DNA of 62,494 bases, counting the filler, from Choristocarpus tenellus KU-1152 (Eukaryota; Protista; Phaeophyceae): assembly GCA_964200185.2 (NCBI GenBank). It is 10 parts of 10 records of this genome, joined end to end, with 100 filler letters (N's around TTAATTAATTAA, not from the genome) between each part and the next. Parts side by side here need not be neighbours in the genome. Positions count along the whole stretch, not along the records: positions 46,898 to 54,292 come from CAXNAD020006219.1; positions 54,393 to 57,302 come from CAXNAD020023718.1; positions 57,403 to 62,494 come from CAXNAD020011908.1; 7 more parts are not named here. The stretch is one strand, 5' to 3'. The notes below the pieces were generated by a model, which was given only the letters and a program-made list of their open reading frames with translations, did no database searches and was not told the origin of the DNA. Shown here piece after piece: positions 50,485 to 62,486 of this stretch. Position numbers and translations under genes: made by a program. The stretch's first letter is position 1. Each line of letters starts with the position of its first letter.

Positions 50485-51164
50485 GAGTTGGACTTGGAGA
50501 TGATCATTCCTGGGATGCAACTTTTGGCTTCAGTCCTACTGGTCATGGTGTACTGGATGTACTTGGCGATTGGCCTGCTCATAAAGGTGCCAAATCAGCT
50601 TAATTCTAGTCCTATGAAGTGCACTACCCACACCATGTATCACCGTGCCATAGCTCTCTTTTTGTTGAGGGGATGGATGTGTACCTTGTTATTGGAGCAG
50701 TGTGGACGTCGTACTGAGGAAAACAGACTCTCTGTTCTCAAGTAATATATGTTTAGAGTGGAACGCAGTTTACCGTGGACTTCCATTTCTATCTACCCCT
50801 GGTAATCGCAAGGCGTGCGCATGCAGCAACCAGCGATATCAAATCCCTACATCATGTATCCCTAAACTTGCAGGCGATACAAAAGCATGGGGAGGAAGTA
50901 GAGGAGACTGGAGATCTCAGAAGTGAAGATGATTGTGATGGAGATGGGGGGAATGAGGAACGGATGGATGATGTGAGCAAAATAGAGAACGATGAACCAA
51001 TACTGATGAGTCCTAACCCAAGGACTGAAGACTTGGGGGCTGAGTCTGGAGTTGGGTCTGGCGAGGCTGCTGCTGAACCTGAGGATGGGCCTCGTGCTGG
51101 GGCTGCAGTGACCGAACTTGAGGCTACTGTTGTAGCCCCAACAAAGCAGGTGGTGCCAACATAA
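50485..51164 (+). pseudogene. Decayed coding fragment of unknown origin
   Basis: One frame reads as protein-like through several stops (DDHSWDATFGFSPTGHGVLDVLGDWPAH...VEGMDVYLVIGAVW...) and continues into the acidic 129-aa ORF 50775-51164. Confidence 0.3.
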
Positions 51165-52745
51165 CGGTTCTTCCTTACAAGGGGGGCTGCCAACACTAGG
51201 CAAGTAGGGAGGGTACAGATGTAGGACTTGTTTGAATGGGAAATATTGGGAATAAAGCCTCGGATTGACTCAGTACAGCAGTCTAGCTTCCAATGTTGAC
51301 GATCCCATCTAGTGCACAGTCTTGTGTGTTGCGCAGTACATGAGTCTAGGGTGTCCTTTTGCCTCTGACCCAATGAAGCAATGTGATCGAATTCTTTGCC
51401 CCCTCTCAACACTCTACAGGTTCCCGGTTCTGTCAACACCCTTTGATGCCCATACAGACCAAGAGACTGGGGTTACCAGGAGGAAAGTAGTGGCTGGGAG
51501 AGGTTTAGCAAGGAGTCAGGATGAGGGTCTGGTGTTAGTAGAAGGGGAAATGGGACGGCATTAAATGCCAACTCTAGGGGAAGGGGGATAGGACACAGCA
51601 ACATTGGACAAGGCTACAGCAATGGAGGACACATGTGTGGACCTGAGGGTCACTCCGAGGACTTGTCTTCTCTCTGAGAGGGATGATGGAGGGTGCCACG
51701 TCAGGCCTGGGTCCAATAGCGGCCGAAACCTTGTGATGGTTTTCACAAAACGGTATCATTTGTCACCAAAACATGAAACTCACAAACTCCTATTTTGTGA
51801 CAACAGCAAATGGTGACGTGCAGACCAAGCAATTGTCACAATGTACAGGAGACCTCTGAGTGCTGGGTAACGCTTGTGCATCTTTGTGTTTGTTTCTTTC
51901 ACTGTATGCTTTGCATGTTTTGCACCCATGTGTTCATTTCTTCAAGGCTTCCTCTGGTACTCAGGGCATGCCAGATCGGTGCTGGGTAGAGTGGGAGAGG
52001 GTGTATTGTTGAGGGTTTTGGTCCTCCTAGCTGCCTGCCTCGTAGCTTACCTCACTCGTATCGTGTGCGAGGTAAACTGTACTGTGTAATGTGTTGTTTG
52101 GGGTACAACACTTGCGTTGCAAGTGAGGACTGTAATACTGGCGATGGTGACAACTCAAAGTGTATGTGGCGCACCAAGCCAATTCCTGGAAACAAGAACC
52201 GTGTTTGATTATCTGCGGTGTTCCAGTTTTAAGCGCCTACACATTGCTGACAAGGTCAAGATGTATCCCTTGCCTTGAGGAAGGTGCTGCCGAAGATTGC
52301 TGTGCAGCCAAAGAGTATAGTAGTGAAGGGTTAGTGAGTGTACGAGGGTTGAGAGAGAAAGCATTGTTTGTTAGTGAGTGGTATTCCCTTTACCTCCTTA
52401 GTCTAAGAAACCAAAAGGGGTGTGTGATTTTGGTCGTTTTGAGATTTAATGGAGGTCGTTTAGCTATTTTATTAAAAAAGAATATGGAGGCATTAAAAAC
52501 AGGGCGCCAATAAGGGAAACTTGCCTCTGCAAACTGAATGAATCCACAAAATTGTCAAAATGCACCCCATATGTGTGCGGTGGTGATATGGGCACTGCCA
52601 AAAGGGGAAAAAGAAGTCAGGCATTGCACAACACCCTTCTGGTCAGAGAGAGAGAGAGAGAGAGAGATCACGAGCATTCATAGTCATATGCTCTCTGAAG
52701 ATCGATAAAACTCATGAAAAGGGGTACATGCTTTTCCTGTCCAAG

Positions 52746-53020
52746 GAGCCAAACCAGTTGAGATTGAGGCAGGTTTTGACCCTTTGGCATTTGCGTTCTA
52801 AGCCGCGCTTCTTTCCCTGTTCAGTAGTCTATCTCATAGCTTCATGTGCATAACGATGTGTGCAAATTGATGTTCTCCCCTTCCACACACAAAGTGACGC
52901 CACAATTTAGCAAAGGCTCTTTCTTTAATTGTAAGAAATGTTTGTTGTTTTTGTCCTTTCTCAGAATCCCAAAAATATAACCCTGCTTACCTCACAATTG
53001 CTTGCCCATTGGTTTGACCA
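52746..53020 (+). repeat. Repeat family B copy
   Basis: Colinear with 33479-33740. Confidence 0.75.
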
Positions 53021-53039
53021 AAGCTCTTGAAGTACAAGC

Positions 53040-53270
53040 GAACATTATGCCCACTGTGGAGCATCGGGGCCAGAAATCACACTTTTCCTCATGTTTTATA
53101 TTCTCCCGTTCCAAGCAATCTTCTAATCGCCATGTAAGAATTTTGAGGGCCATGTCAGCACGTGCCACCAATGAAATGCCTCTGTAGTTGCCACAATCAG
53201 TGCGGTCCTTCTTCTTGTAGAGCACAGTGAGTGATGACTGCATCTTCCAAACCTCCTCTGTCAATACTTC
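53040..53270 (-). mobile_element. RTE-clade LINE reverse transcriptase fragment
   Basis: VLYKKKDRTDCGNYRGISLVA...LKILTWRL...EEKCDFWPRCSTVGIMF matches the RTE RT motif KKGDRxxCGNYRGISL...EEQCGFRxxRSTxDMxF. Confidence 0.88.
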
Positions 53271-53779
53271 CTGGTTTCACACAGCCAAGAGAAACTTAAC
53301 GAAAACCCTGGAGGATAGCCACATCCTCCGATTGGTTGGTGAAGAGAATCAATGGTCAAGACGGACCACACGGACCAAGACGAACCGTAACCGAGAGGAT
53401 GAGGTTAAGGTTGGACAAGTGCAATACTGCAAGAACTTGGACAAAACTGTGGAGACAGACTCACTGAGGATGTTATGAGAGTGGATCATCAGAAATGTCA
53501 AGACATGAGAATAAAGTGAATCTTTGATGTTTGAAGAGTCTGAATGAAGACCAGTCCCATATCTGTGGAATTGATTCTTAAAGATGTTCGATGGATTCAT
53601 TCTCACGGAAGATCTTCCACCGGAATGAGGGATTCCTCACAAGGAACCTCGATCGATATAACGATATATGACATACGGCAATGCGACTACTTTCCACACA
53701 AGTCAAACTTAGAACTTCATCGATAGAAATTTGGATGAGATTGGAAATCAGACTCAAAATACAAAATGATCAAACCTAG

Positions 53780-54290
53780 GTACCTCTCGTTTAATCTTGG
53801 TCCTCATGGTGAACAATAAGGTTCTTCATCTTCCTGAAGCAGGTGTGTGAAGAAAGTCCTGCAAGGTAGACACCCTCATTCACCTGACGGACCTATTTAC
53901 CTGCCTTCTTCAACACCTTCTTGAGAGTGGCATATTGGGGGTCCGTATAGAGTTGTTTCCATGCATTTCTCTGTTCCTCCCAGGCTTCAAGGAAGTTTGT
54001 TTGAGCTTGTTGACTTACCAGCATCCTCTAAGCAGCACCCTCCGTGAAGCGTTTGAAAGGACTTCTGAGGCAGTGTCCAACTAGGCACGTAAGAGGATGT
54101 CATTTTGTCGGCATTGGCCGGTACACCAGATAGGTGTATCTCTTTGGTTGTCACTCCTGTTTCTTGTGTTGTGAGGATTTTTTCAGTAGACATGATCGCT
54201 AGTTCAGACCACAAACGGGTGTGTAGGCATCAGGGCTTGTTTGAAAATAATGTATCCCTTGCCACAATCAATTAATTGTACTGCCTCTAT
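53780..54290 (-). mobile_element. Decayed Ty1/Copia integrase C-terminal remnant
   Basis: STEKILTTQETGVTTKEI (TPQQNGVAER-like), TLPQKSF, NKLP*SLGG, then WKQLY...KKAGK*VRQVNEGVYLAG (SH3-like), in Copia order. Confidence 0.5.
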
Positions 54291-54292
54291 TC

Positions 54293-54392
54293 NNNNNNNN
54301 NNNNNNNNNNNNNNNNNNNNNNNNNNNNNNNNNNNNTTAATTAATTAANNNNNNNNNNNNNNNNNNNNNNNNNNNNNNNNNNNNNNNNNNNN
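54293..54392. other. Artificial contig spacer
   Basis: Same linker; a separate 10-N scaffold gap lies at 55072-55081. Confidence 0.98.
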
Positions 54393-54446
54393 CCAAACAC
54401 CCCCCCCCCCCCCCCCCCCTGCAAGCTTCTCGGCCGCTTCACTCAC

Positions 54447-54966
54447 CCCCTTGAAGTAGGCGTCTGTCACTGCGGCAAATGTAGTAGAGTACAATACCTC
54501 CACCTCCTCCAGCATCTTCGCGCGTCTCATGGAGTCGTGCAGGTCAAACACAAAGTCCTGGAGAACAATATAGCCAGTTTTTTTATTATTATTATTATTA
54601 TTATCATCAATGATCCCGGGGAGAGGGGCGGGGGACCGGATGGGGCACAGTGAAAAATAAACAAAAAAATGAACTCTGGATGGGCTACCCATAACAGAGG
54701 TTTTAGGTGGGGAGAAATGAGAGATGACTGATTGAAGTGTTTGATCAGACAAGAGCGTCTATTTATCTAGACATAAACGCCTGCTTACTAATGCTACCCC
54801 TTTCTGCATTGACCTCTACTCGCCTGATTCTAGCCTCAACATATAACCACCTCCAACTCCAAATCCACTCGTTATGAGAATGTGAAACACCATTCCACAC
54901 AGAAAACCTGTATCTAACAAATAACGCTCGCTCTAATTCAACTTCAATACAACACCAGGGTTTCAT

Positions 54967-55012
<46 letters not shown>

Positions 55013-55411
55013 CCCCTCTTTTTCTCTCCCCCCACAAAAAACCCTTCCTCCTCCCACCCCAAACCACTCGGNNNNNNNNNNCAAACCAAAAACCGGTATC
55101 CAAAAAAAAACGCTCCCCCTACTTCACGCTCCAAACAACCCCACGGTTTCTACCCCCCCCCCCCCCCCCACCCTGCCACCCCTCTCCCTGACAAGTTCCA
55201 TATTTTGATCTTACAAGCAAAAATTTCCTTGCCTGCCAACAAGTGAACCCGTTGGGGTAGTCTATACGAGTCTCTAAACCAACAAATAGGAAGGGGACAA
55301 AACACAATCAACACAGGAAGGAGGGGGGGGGTCTGTGCAGAGTGGAGGGTCTGTCGTGACCTTGACACTCTCAGGTAGCAAGAAGTCTGGGGATTGTGTC
55401 TCATCCTTCAT
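54447..55411 (-). CDS. EIF3L: Eukaryotic translation initiation factor 3 subunit L, 5' fragment
   Basis: Exons 55411(or 55405)-55361 and 54557-54447 splice in phase 0 to SPDFLLPESVK|DFVFDLHDSMRRAKMLEEVEVLYSTTFAAVTDAYFKG, resembling the eIF3L N-terminus just before the PWP motif; the rest is lost at the contig end. Confidence 0.8.
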
Positions 55412-55504
55412 TGATGCATGGCCACTGTCACAATCAGCATCACATTGCACACACAAAGGACCAAAACAAAAACGATGAGGGGGGAAGGGAAGGGAAGGGA
55501 AGGT

Positions 55505-55546
55505 ATGTCTGTGTCTGTGTCTGTGTCTGTGTCTGTGTCTCTCTCT

Positions 55547-55578
<32 letters not shown>

Positions 55579-55593
55579 CTCTGTATGTGTGTG
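55505..55593. repeat. Compound (GTGTCT)n/(CT)n/(GT)n microsatellite
   Basis: Directly visible. Confidence 0.9.
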
Positions 55594-56187
55594 CTGTAGA
55601 TGAATGTCACACGTGGATAAATAATCTACATCTATGGTTATCTTTGAGATATATTTGACAGCTTGTATTGGCATCATGGTTCCCCCTTCGCACTTGATAG
55701 ATTTGGTTTATACAAACACAATACTATGTCAAGTAGATAACCTCATCTCATCACCGTGTTGTAATCATGCTCACAATCACAAGGCATTGGCTTCATCAAA
55801 GCACTTGCCATATAGAACAAAACCACAGTCGACAACGCACGAGACCCGGGCAGAGAGGAGTACTGCTGGGGATACCCTCTACAGGGGATACTTCCACATT
55901 AGCCCCTTCCAAGTTCCTTGGGGTATACTATATATGTAGACTGTCAAGTAGATCGTACAGTATATTACAAGTCCCAAAACCATCTACAAACAACCCCCCC
56001 TCCCACCCCCCCCCCGACAATGAAAACCTCTCCTAACATTTCCTATAGAGAGGTGCTGTTGTCCAACACTATCTACTTTCAACGCCACTACCACAAATGC
56101 TACTCACAACTAAGCTGATTGGTAGGATACACTACACACATGACATTCACGTATCAACCAACTCAGAACAAACAGCAATCAACAACC

Positions 56188-56208
56188 CCCTAACCCTAAC
56201 CCTAACCC
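56188..56208. repeat. Short interstitial telomere-type repeat (CCCTAA)3
   Basis: Similar short TTAGGG arrays at 23964-23975 and 62231-62246. Confidence 0.7.
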
Positions 56209-57302
56209 AACCCCAAACCAGACATCATCACAGAAAAACACAAACGGTTGGCCAGCCTATCACACTTCAATGCGACAATCGCGGTGATGGCCACAGAGCA
56301 ATCTGTAGCCATCACAAGTTGTGCACGAATGACTCTAAATATATCTATTCTATTTTACTGATATTATTATCACTTCGACTGTGGCATCAAACTCTCTCCA
56401 ACCGATCTGAAACTGCATCCGATATTGAAAAATGTCAACGTTTCTTTCAAAACAAAAAAATACCTCAAATTCTTTTTAACAATTTATTTTCTAAATCCAC
56501 AAAAAAAATGTATAGTATATTCTATGTTTAACTTACACATATAAAGAGAGAGAGAGAGAGAGAGAGGGGTACTACTCGAATCAGCAGTACAGTATGCAAG
56601 AAAAGGTCACCATCAATACTACACTCACTGCCTGCTCTAAATATCTCAACACATCAGTCTTGGTAAAAAAATATACAGTGTATTTTCTCAACCCGAGTGC
56701 ATCACCTCCTTCTAACTCCCTTTCGATCACAGGTTCAAGAACGCTTAGATGAATATGAAAAAATATAATAATAATAATAATAATAATAATTGGTGACGGT
56801 TCGGTTCTGCTGGCCTCCAATTTCTTTCAAAAGTTGACAGAAAACAATCAGCTTTCTCAACATAATCGGAGCAGCTCACGCCCCTGCTTAAACCAATCCT
56901 TGAAATGAAAAGCACTTATCATTCTCAAGCATGTAAAAATACTTTTCAAAATACCACACACTCATACATATACTACATATAAAAATGGCATACGTTACTC
57001 TCCTCACACTCTATTCTAACACTGCTTTCAAAAACCAAATTTAGTGCCACCTGTAACTTGCAGTCTATGTACTCTACTTTCGGACTGTATCAAACCACTT
57101 CACTTCCTTTTAAAATCTCGTTTTAAAAAACCACCTAGCTTGACCTCTCATCAAAAATCGCTATGCGATGCATCACGTATCAGTATCGTAACCATCGTTG
57201 CATCGGGACTAACTATAATGTCCCACGTGCATTTTATTTTTATTTCTTATCGATGTTGACTCCCCCCCTCCCCCCCCCCCCCCCACCTAAATACACAACT
57301 CA

Positions 57303-57402
57303 NNNNNNNNNNNNNNNNNNNNNNNNNNNNNNNNNNNNNNNNNNNNTTAATTAATTAANNNNNNNNNNNNNNNNNNNNNNNNNNNNNNNNNNNNNNNNNN
57401 NN
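57303..57402. other. Artificial contig spacer
   Basis: Same linker. Confidence 0.98.
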
Positions 57403-58046
57403 CATCCTCAATTTTGCTGAGAGGCTGTTCACTGGTGTTACAGCGTGCCTGTCAGATCTCACCTCCACTAGATATGCAACTCAAATCCAACGACCTTAAA
57501 ACGAAGCTACGCGGGGGTTCACAGATGATGACCACGTGTGGTGTCAGTTGATGCTTAGCTCCGTCAATGTCTCGCTTTTCACTTTATCAAAAGAGGTAAG
57601 GATCAAAGAACTGAGTGTGTGGTCATCAGCACTCAGCCTTTTATTAACATCATTCACCATTTTTCTACAGCCAAAGAGTTAAATGAAGTCTGCAAACTGC
57701 TATGTAGATACTTCAATCATACATCTTTATTGTGCAACTTTCACGAAGTGACATTTATTCTGTAAGATTATGTATGCATTTCAAATCTTACTTTGCATCT
57801 TCTATCAATTCAAAGGTCCTCTTACATGAATTCTTACGTATGTACACTGTTCGCGCATTTTGGCACGCAGAAAGAAATGCTCACGCTATTCGCCTGTAAC
57901 ACTGGTTGGTTGTCAGGGACGTTGTAATGAGGGAGGAGGAGTAGAATGGGTGGAATGCTATAACGTAGAACAATTTAATTGATAACAATCCAACTTCGCG
58001 AGCAACACACATGCTATAATATTTTGTTCAAAAATTGGTTAAAGTA

Positions 58047-58119
58047 TGGAGAATGTGGGTATCGATCCCACTACTTCTTCCATGCTAAGGAAGCGCTCTA
58101 CCATTTGAGCTAATCCCCC
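58047..58119 (-). tRNA. tRNA-Ala-AGC: tRNA-Ala (anticodon AGC), intronless, 73 nt
   Basis: GGGGGATTAGCTCAAATGGTAGAGCGCTTCCTTAGCATGGAAGAAGTAGTGGGATCGATACCCACATTCTCCA: 7-bp acceptor stem with G3:U70, CTTCC/GGAAG anticodon stem, eukaryotic Ala ATCG T-loop, T5 Pol III terminator about 12 nt downstream. Confidence 0.97.
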
Positions 58120-58559
58120 ATCCAACACTTTATGTCTATTTTCGCACAATAAATATATAAATATACAATATTTAACAATGTGTAATGGGACCTGGTTTTG
58201 TGTGATGGGGGTGATGAGAACCACCAGAGATGAGGGTCAGAAAGGAAGTGAAAGATGAGACTGAGACATGCCGTGGATCAATCTTCAATGTGATTGGTTG
58301 CGACCAGCCAGAACATAAAACACAATCTCGGGCTTTGCTGGTTTGAATCCACCGTTCATGTCGGGGTTACCGCGTGCCAGTCATGCATCTGTCTCAATTT
58401 CAAAAGGTGACGCGCATAAATGTATATGACCGCGCGTATTATCCTTCAATGTTGGAAATCTCAAAAAAGGTGACCTGTTCCTGATAAATGGTAAAATATA
58501 AAATAGGAGGCATGCCCATGATCTAGTGGGTGTGGGTGTCAAAAATATTACCTCATCGC

Positions 58560-59137
58560 CCAGAAATAATATGTCCTAACATGACCAAGTCCGTCATTAT
58601 GATCGGTTACTCAACATGACCAAAGGACCACCCGGCCATGTACAACAAAGTTCGAATATGGGCGAGTCCATGACCATGATTTATTCAAGATGACCAGGAC
58701 AGTCCATCACTCATCATGTACAACCAAGTTCGAACATGTCCAAGTCTGTGACTATTGACCGTTTCAACATGGCCATAGGCCACGAACCGACCCACGACCA
58801 TATCGCCGACAGTGGACATGCTAACTGCCCGGCCCAAAGAAAAGTCCTGATTATGATGTGTTGAAGGTAATGTAAGGTGTGGGTAGTACTTTGGAGCCAC
58901 GGAGCGAGTTGTGGCGCTAGGGGCCGTCACCAGTCATGTACAACCAAGTTCGAACATGATCAAGTCCATGGCTATCGACCGTTTCAATATGGCCAGGCCA
59001 CGGACTGACACGCGACCATATCACCGACTGCGGACATGATAACTGCCAGGTCCCATGAAAAGTCCTGATTTTGATAAGTTGAAGGAGATGTAAGGAGTGA
59101 GTTGTACTTTGAAGCCACAGAGCGAGTTGTGGCGCTA
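58560..59137. repeat. Hierarchical tandem repeat: ~78-bp subunits plus a 220-bp-period duplication
   Basis: CATGTACAAC(C/A)AAGTTCGAA at 58637, 58715 and 58935; 58715-58919 and 58935-59137 are colinear, both ending GAGCGAGTTGTGGCGCTA. Confidence 0.9.
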
Positions 59138-59258
59138 CAGAATGTTTGCATATGCCATTATATATTTCATTGAGGTAACACCTGCACATGTTTGAAAGCC
59201 TGATCTGACACTTAGTCAATTTCAACTTTGAGTTTCGCTTGGTACTGTCTTTCAGAAG

Positions 59259-61034
59259 ATGAAAGCAACATGTCTTTTGCTCTGCCTGTCTACTGCACTG
59301 ACGGCCGATGCTTTCCGCGTAGGCCCCGCCACCTCAACGTCCCGCGTCTGCTCTAAAACACGACGATATGTTGGCGATAATGACAATACCACGGACAGGC
59401 GGTCTTTCTTGGAAGATGTTGGGTAGGTTGTGTGGTGGGTTGGAGAGTGGAAAACAGACATCACAATTTCCATCAACTCTATTGTCCCTACAACCTAGGA
59501 GCTGGGCGTTGCAAGTATGCTGACTCTGCTCACATTGAAACCTGTCCTTCCCCAGGTTGATGGTTGGGGGTGCTGTGGCCTGGACAGCTGCAAGCAAGTC
59601 AGCGGTGGCGGAGGAACTCCCTAGTTTTCGACCGTCTGCAAAAGGACTGGCTGAGGCATCTACAGAGGTGCGAGAAGTCTGCAGAGATAATAGACAGCTT
59701 CAGTCTCATTTCGACGAGATCACTCTCAAATTCAGATGTGTAGTATAAGAGTCTTCCCCTACTAACTGCCTAGTACACAAGTACCACCTGCACAAGGTTA
59801 ACTTGTAATGTATCAAACACCAAGTGCACAAATCCACCCGTTCCTACGGCCCTCAGATTCCTGGTTCTGACAAGCAACCCATCGTCGTGGACTTTCTCTA
59901 CCCTTCCAAGTGGACTTTGATCAACAACCCAGGTGACCCCATGATGTTCTACCTTCACCACCTCGCACGCATGAAGTATTATTGGGCAGCAGGGGTGGTT
60001 TAGCGTTGGACACTGGGGAATAACGGTAGTGATACCTCCTTTAATGGGTATTTTGTTGTGATACAGAGCCCGACTATGTATTGCCCAACAGGTGACTTAT
60101 TTGTCGTGCTCAGCGTACGCCTTAAGAATCAGAACACACAGAACAAGAGCAATCTGCCCACGATATGTATAGTGTTAATTCATGTTTCTCTCCCCTGATC
60201 AAATTCCAGCTTTCCTTAACACCACTTCTAGAATATCTCTTCATTTGTCCAAATCCTAAGAGTCCAACATGTTGCCCAATTTTACTGTTACACCCCACAA
60301 CCATCTCTGACTACCGTCTCTTAAAACCCCCATTCATCCATCAATCTATCAATAATCATCTATATATATATACAGTCTCTCAACACAAGCCCTAACCTCA
60401 TCCATACAAGGTTATTGAAGTATATTTACAACATGAATGTATATACCCACCAACACACTGAGATTTTTCATTCAATTCTCTTCCATGTGTCCGCCATGTT
60501 TCTCGCCCCTCCAAAGCACTATTCATTCAAATCGCAAGTTCTGCCGACCCACAAAAGCTACATTTCCCAAAGCGTGACCCACCAGCATGTTTGTCCTGTT
60601 CCCGAAGCACCCACCACACTGTGCCCAAACTACTGAAAATGCTATACAATATCAATAGCACAAAAATGCCACTTTGAAACATGCTTACCATCCAAATTTT
60701 GAAACCTGCTCCAATTCCGTGCTATTGCTCAAGAACCCTATGTCGTACAGCTATTACTATAACCACATTATTGAGTGCCAATCAGGTACATACCTGATGT
60801 AATGGGACACGGTGTCTACCTACAGCAGTAACATAGATGACATCAATAATGACACTCAAAGAAGAATCCTCCCCCCCTCTCGGAACTACGAGATGTGCAG
60901 GAAAGAGTGTCTCAGTGCAGGACTACAAAACTACAGACAGGGGCTTTGCTTTGGTTGTACCCCTACCAGCGGGGGTGAAAGAGGTTTCACAACTTTCAAC
61001 GTCGTACTTCACGGATGCCCTCTTTGACCTCAAC
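59259..61034 (+). CDS. Nucleus-encoded plastid thylakoid-lumen protein (possibly PsbP-like fold), 5' part
   Basis: Exons 59259-59422, 59556-59667, 59857-59932 and 60901-61034 join with phases 2,0,1: signal peptide MKATCLLLCLSTALTADA|F, S/T/R transit peptide, DRRSFL, hydrophobic GLMVGGAVAWTAA, AVA|EE; mature part VVDFLYPSKW...VSVQDYKTTDRGFALVVPLP...YFTDALFDLN. 3' exons not found in the contig. Confidence 0.8.
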
Positions 61035-62438
61035 GTGAGTGTTTTGCTGGTGCTGATGTTTAGTTGATCTCTCCAAGCCTGTCCCCCATGTGAATGAGTT
61101 TAAGGGGAATGGGGGCGGGCGGGGCGGGGGGGGGGGGGGGGGGGGGAGAAAAAAAAGGCGGGGGCCTTGCCCGTCCCCGTTTAGGCCCCTGTTTTTCCAT
61201 GGCAGGAAGGATGTGTTTGAGTAGTGAGTTAGATGCAAGTTTTGTTAACACATGCAATGTCGATTCCGCTCTGATGGTGTCAACATTTCAGAAAGCATGC
61301 GGAACGTCTTTTTTAGCTATCAATTTAAAAGTGAAGTCTTCCCCCCCCCCTTTTTTTTTCATGGAATTTCGTTTTTTGTCCTTAGAGGAGACATGCTCGT
61401 CTCATGATACATACACATATATATATATATATGTAGGTACTTATTGTCTCAAGCACTACATATAATGGTACTCAGTTCGTGACTCGTACAGAAGTTAATA
61501 AAAGTTAATTGGATATATTTTTTTCTTTATTAAATGGAGAGGTAGCCGATTGGTCGTGACATGGCTGTGTTCTAAAAAAAAAAAATCCACTTGGCACCAA
61601 CTGCAGTGTCAAGCAAGCCTCGCAAAACCACTTGTGTGGCATGAGGTGAAAGGAGCTATTGACATATTAGGGTACTTGGGGATGATGATAAAAGGTATCC
61701 AGTTTGATGGTGTAAGGTGATCAGGTTGACAATACGAGTTATCGATTCACCTTACCCTGTCAACAAATCGGTCGGTTTCCATGATGGAACACGATGCCAT
61801 TCTGCCAACACAAAAAAGTTGTTTTTCATTGGATCTTTGAAAAAAACGATCATTCGAATGGCCCAATAATTAAAAAAACAAACAAACGATTTTTGATTGG
61901 AATCATTCGATGGGTGTGGCAATCGTCGCAGAGTGTTTTTTTTTCTGATTTGGTCATCTGAAATGCGTCCAGTGCGGCTGGAATGTGCATGTGTGAAATC
62001 ATCGAGGAGGACATTCGAGGGCATATGTGGGAGTAGGTTTAGAGAGTCGGTTGTGGTTGTCCTAACCCTATATAAACCTAAACCTAACCATGAGTAAGGC
62101 AGGTTCTTTTGAATTTTAACTTTTTTTGGTGAGGGTTGGGGATGGGTGTAAGGAGATGAGAGGAACCGGACAGCTAGTAATGAAATGGGACAGCCTGTCC
62201 TCGGTCAAGAGTACCTCTTGCTCATAGAAGTTAGGGTTAGGGTTAGATGTGATGGCACAAAATCCGCTGCACTCTTCTCCATGGAGTTCGAGATGTAATA
62301 CAATCCTTTTTTCCCTGCTCCATGTACAACGCTCCTCCTTTTTGGGCCCCTGGTGTTTTCCCTCACAATTTTTCTTTCAACGGGCGATTTTATTGTTGCA
62401 AGTAGTTAAATCTCCTTCCACCATAACCCACCCTCTGC

Positions 62439-62486
<48 letters not shown>

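Noticed and set aside
57404-57600. hAT dimerisation-like peptide (AERLFTG...QLML..N)
   Set aside because: Short, contains a stop, overlaps a repeat terminus; chance resemblance likely
58560-59137. CRISPR-like array
   Set aside because: Inter-motif sequences are homologous, spacing is irregular, no cas genes, eukaryotic context
11340-61034. iolG, YAF9, eIF3L, tRNA and lumen protein as a functional cluster
   Set aside because: On different contigs and functionally unrelated
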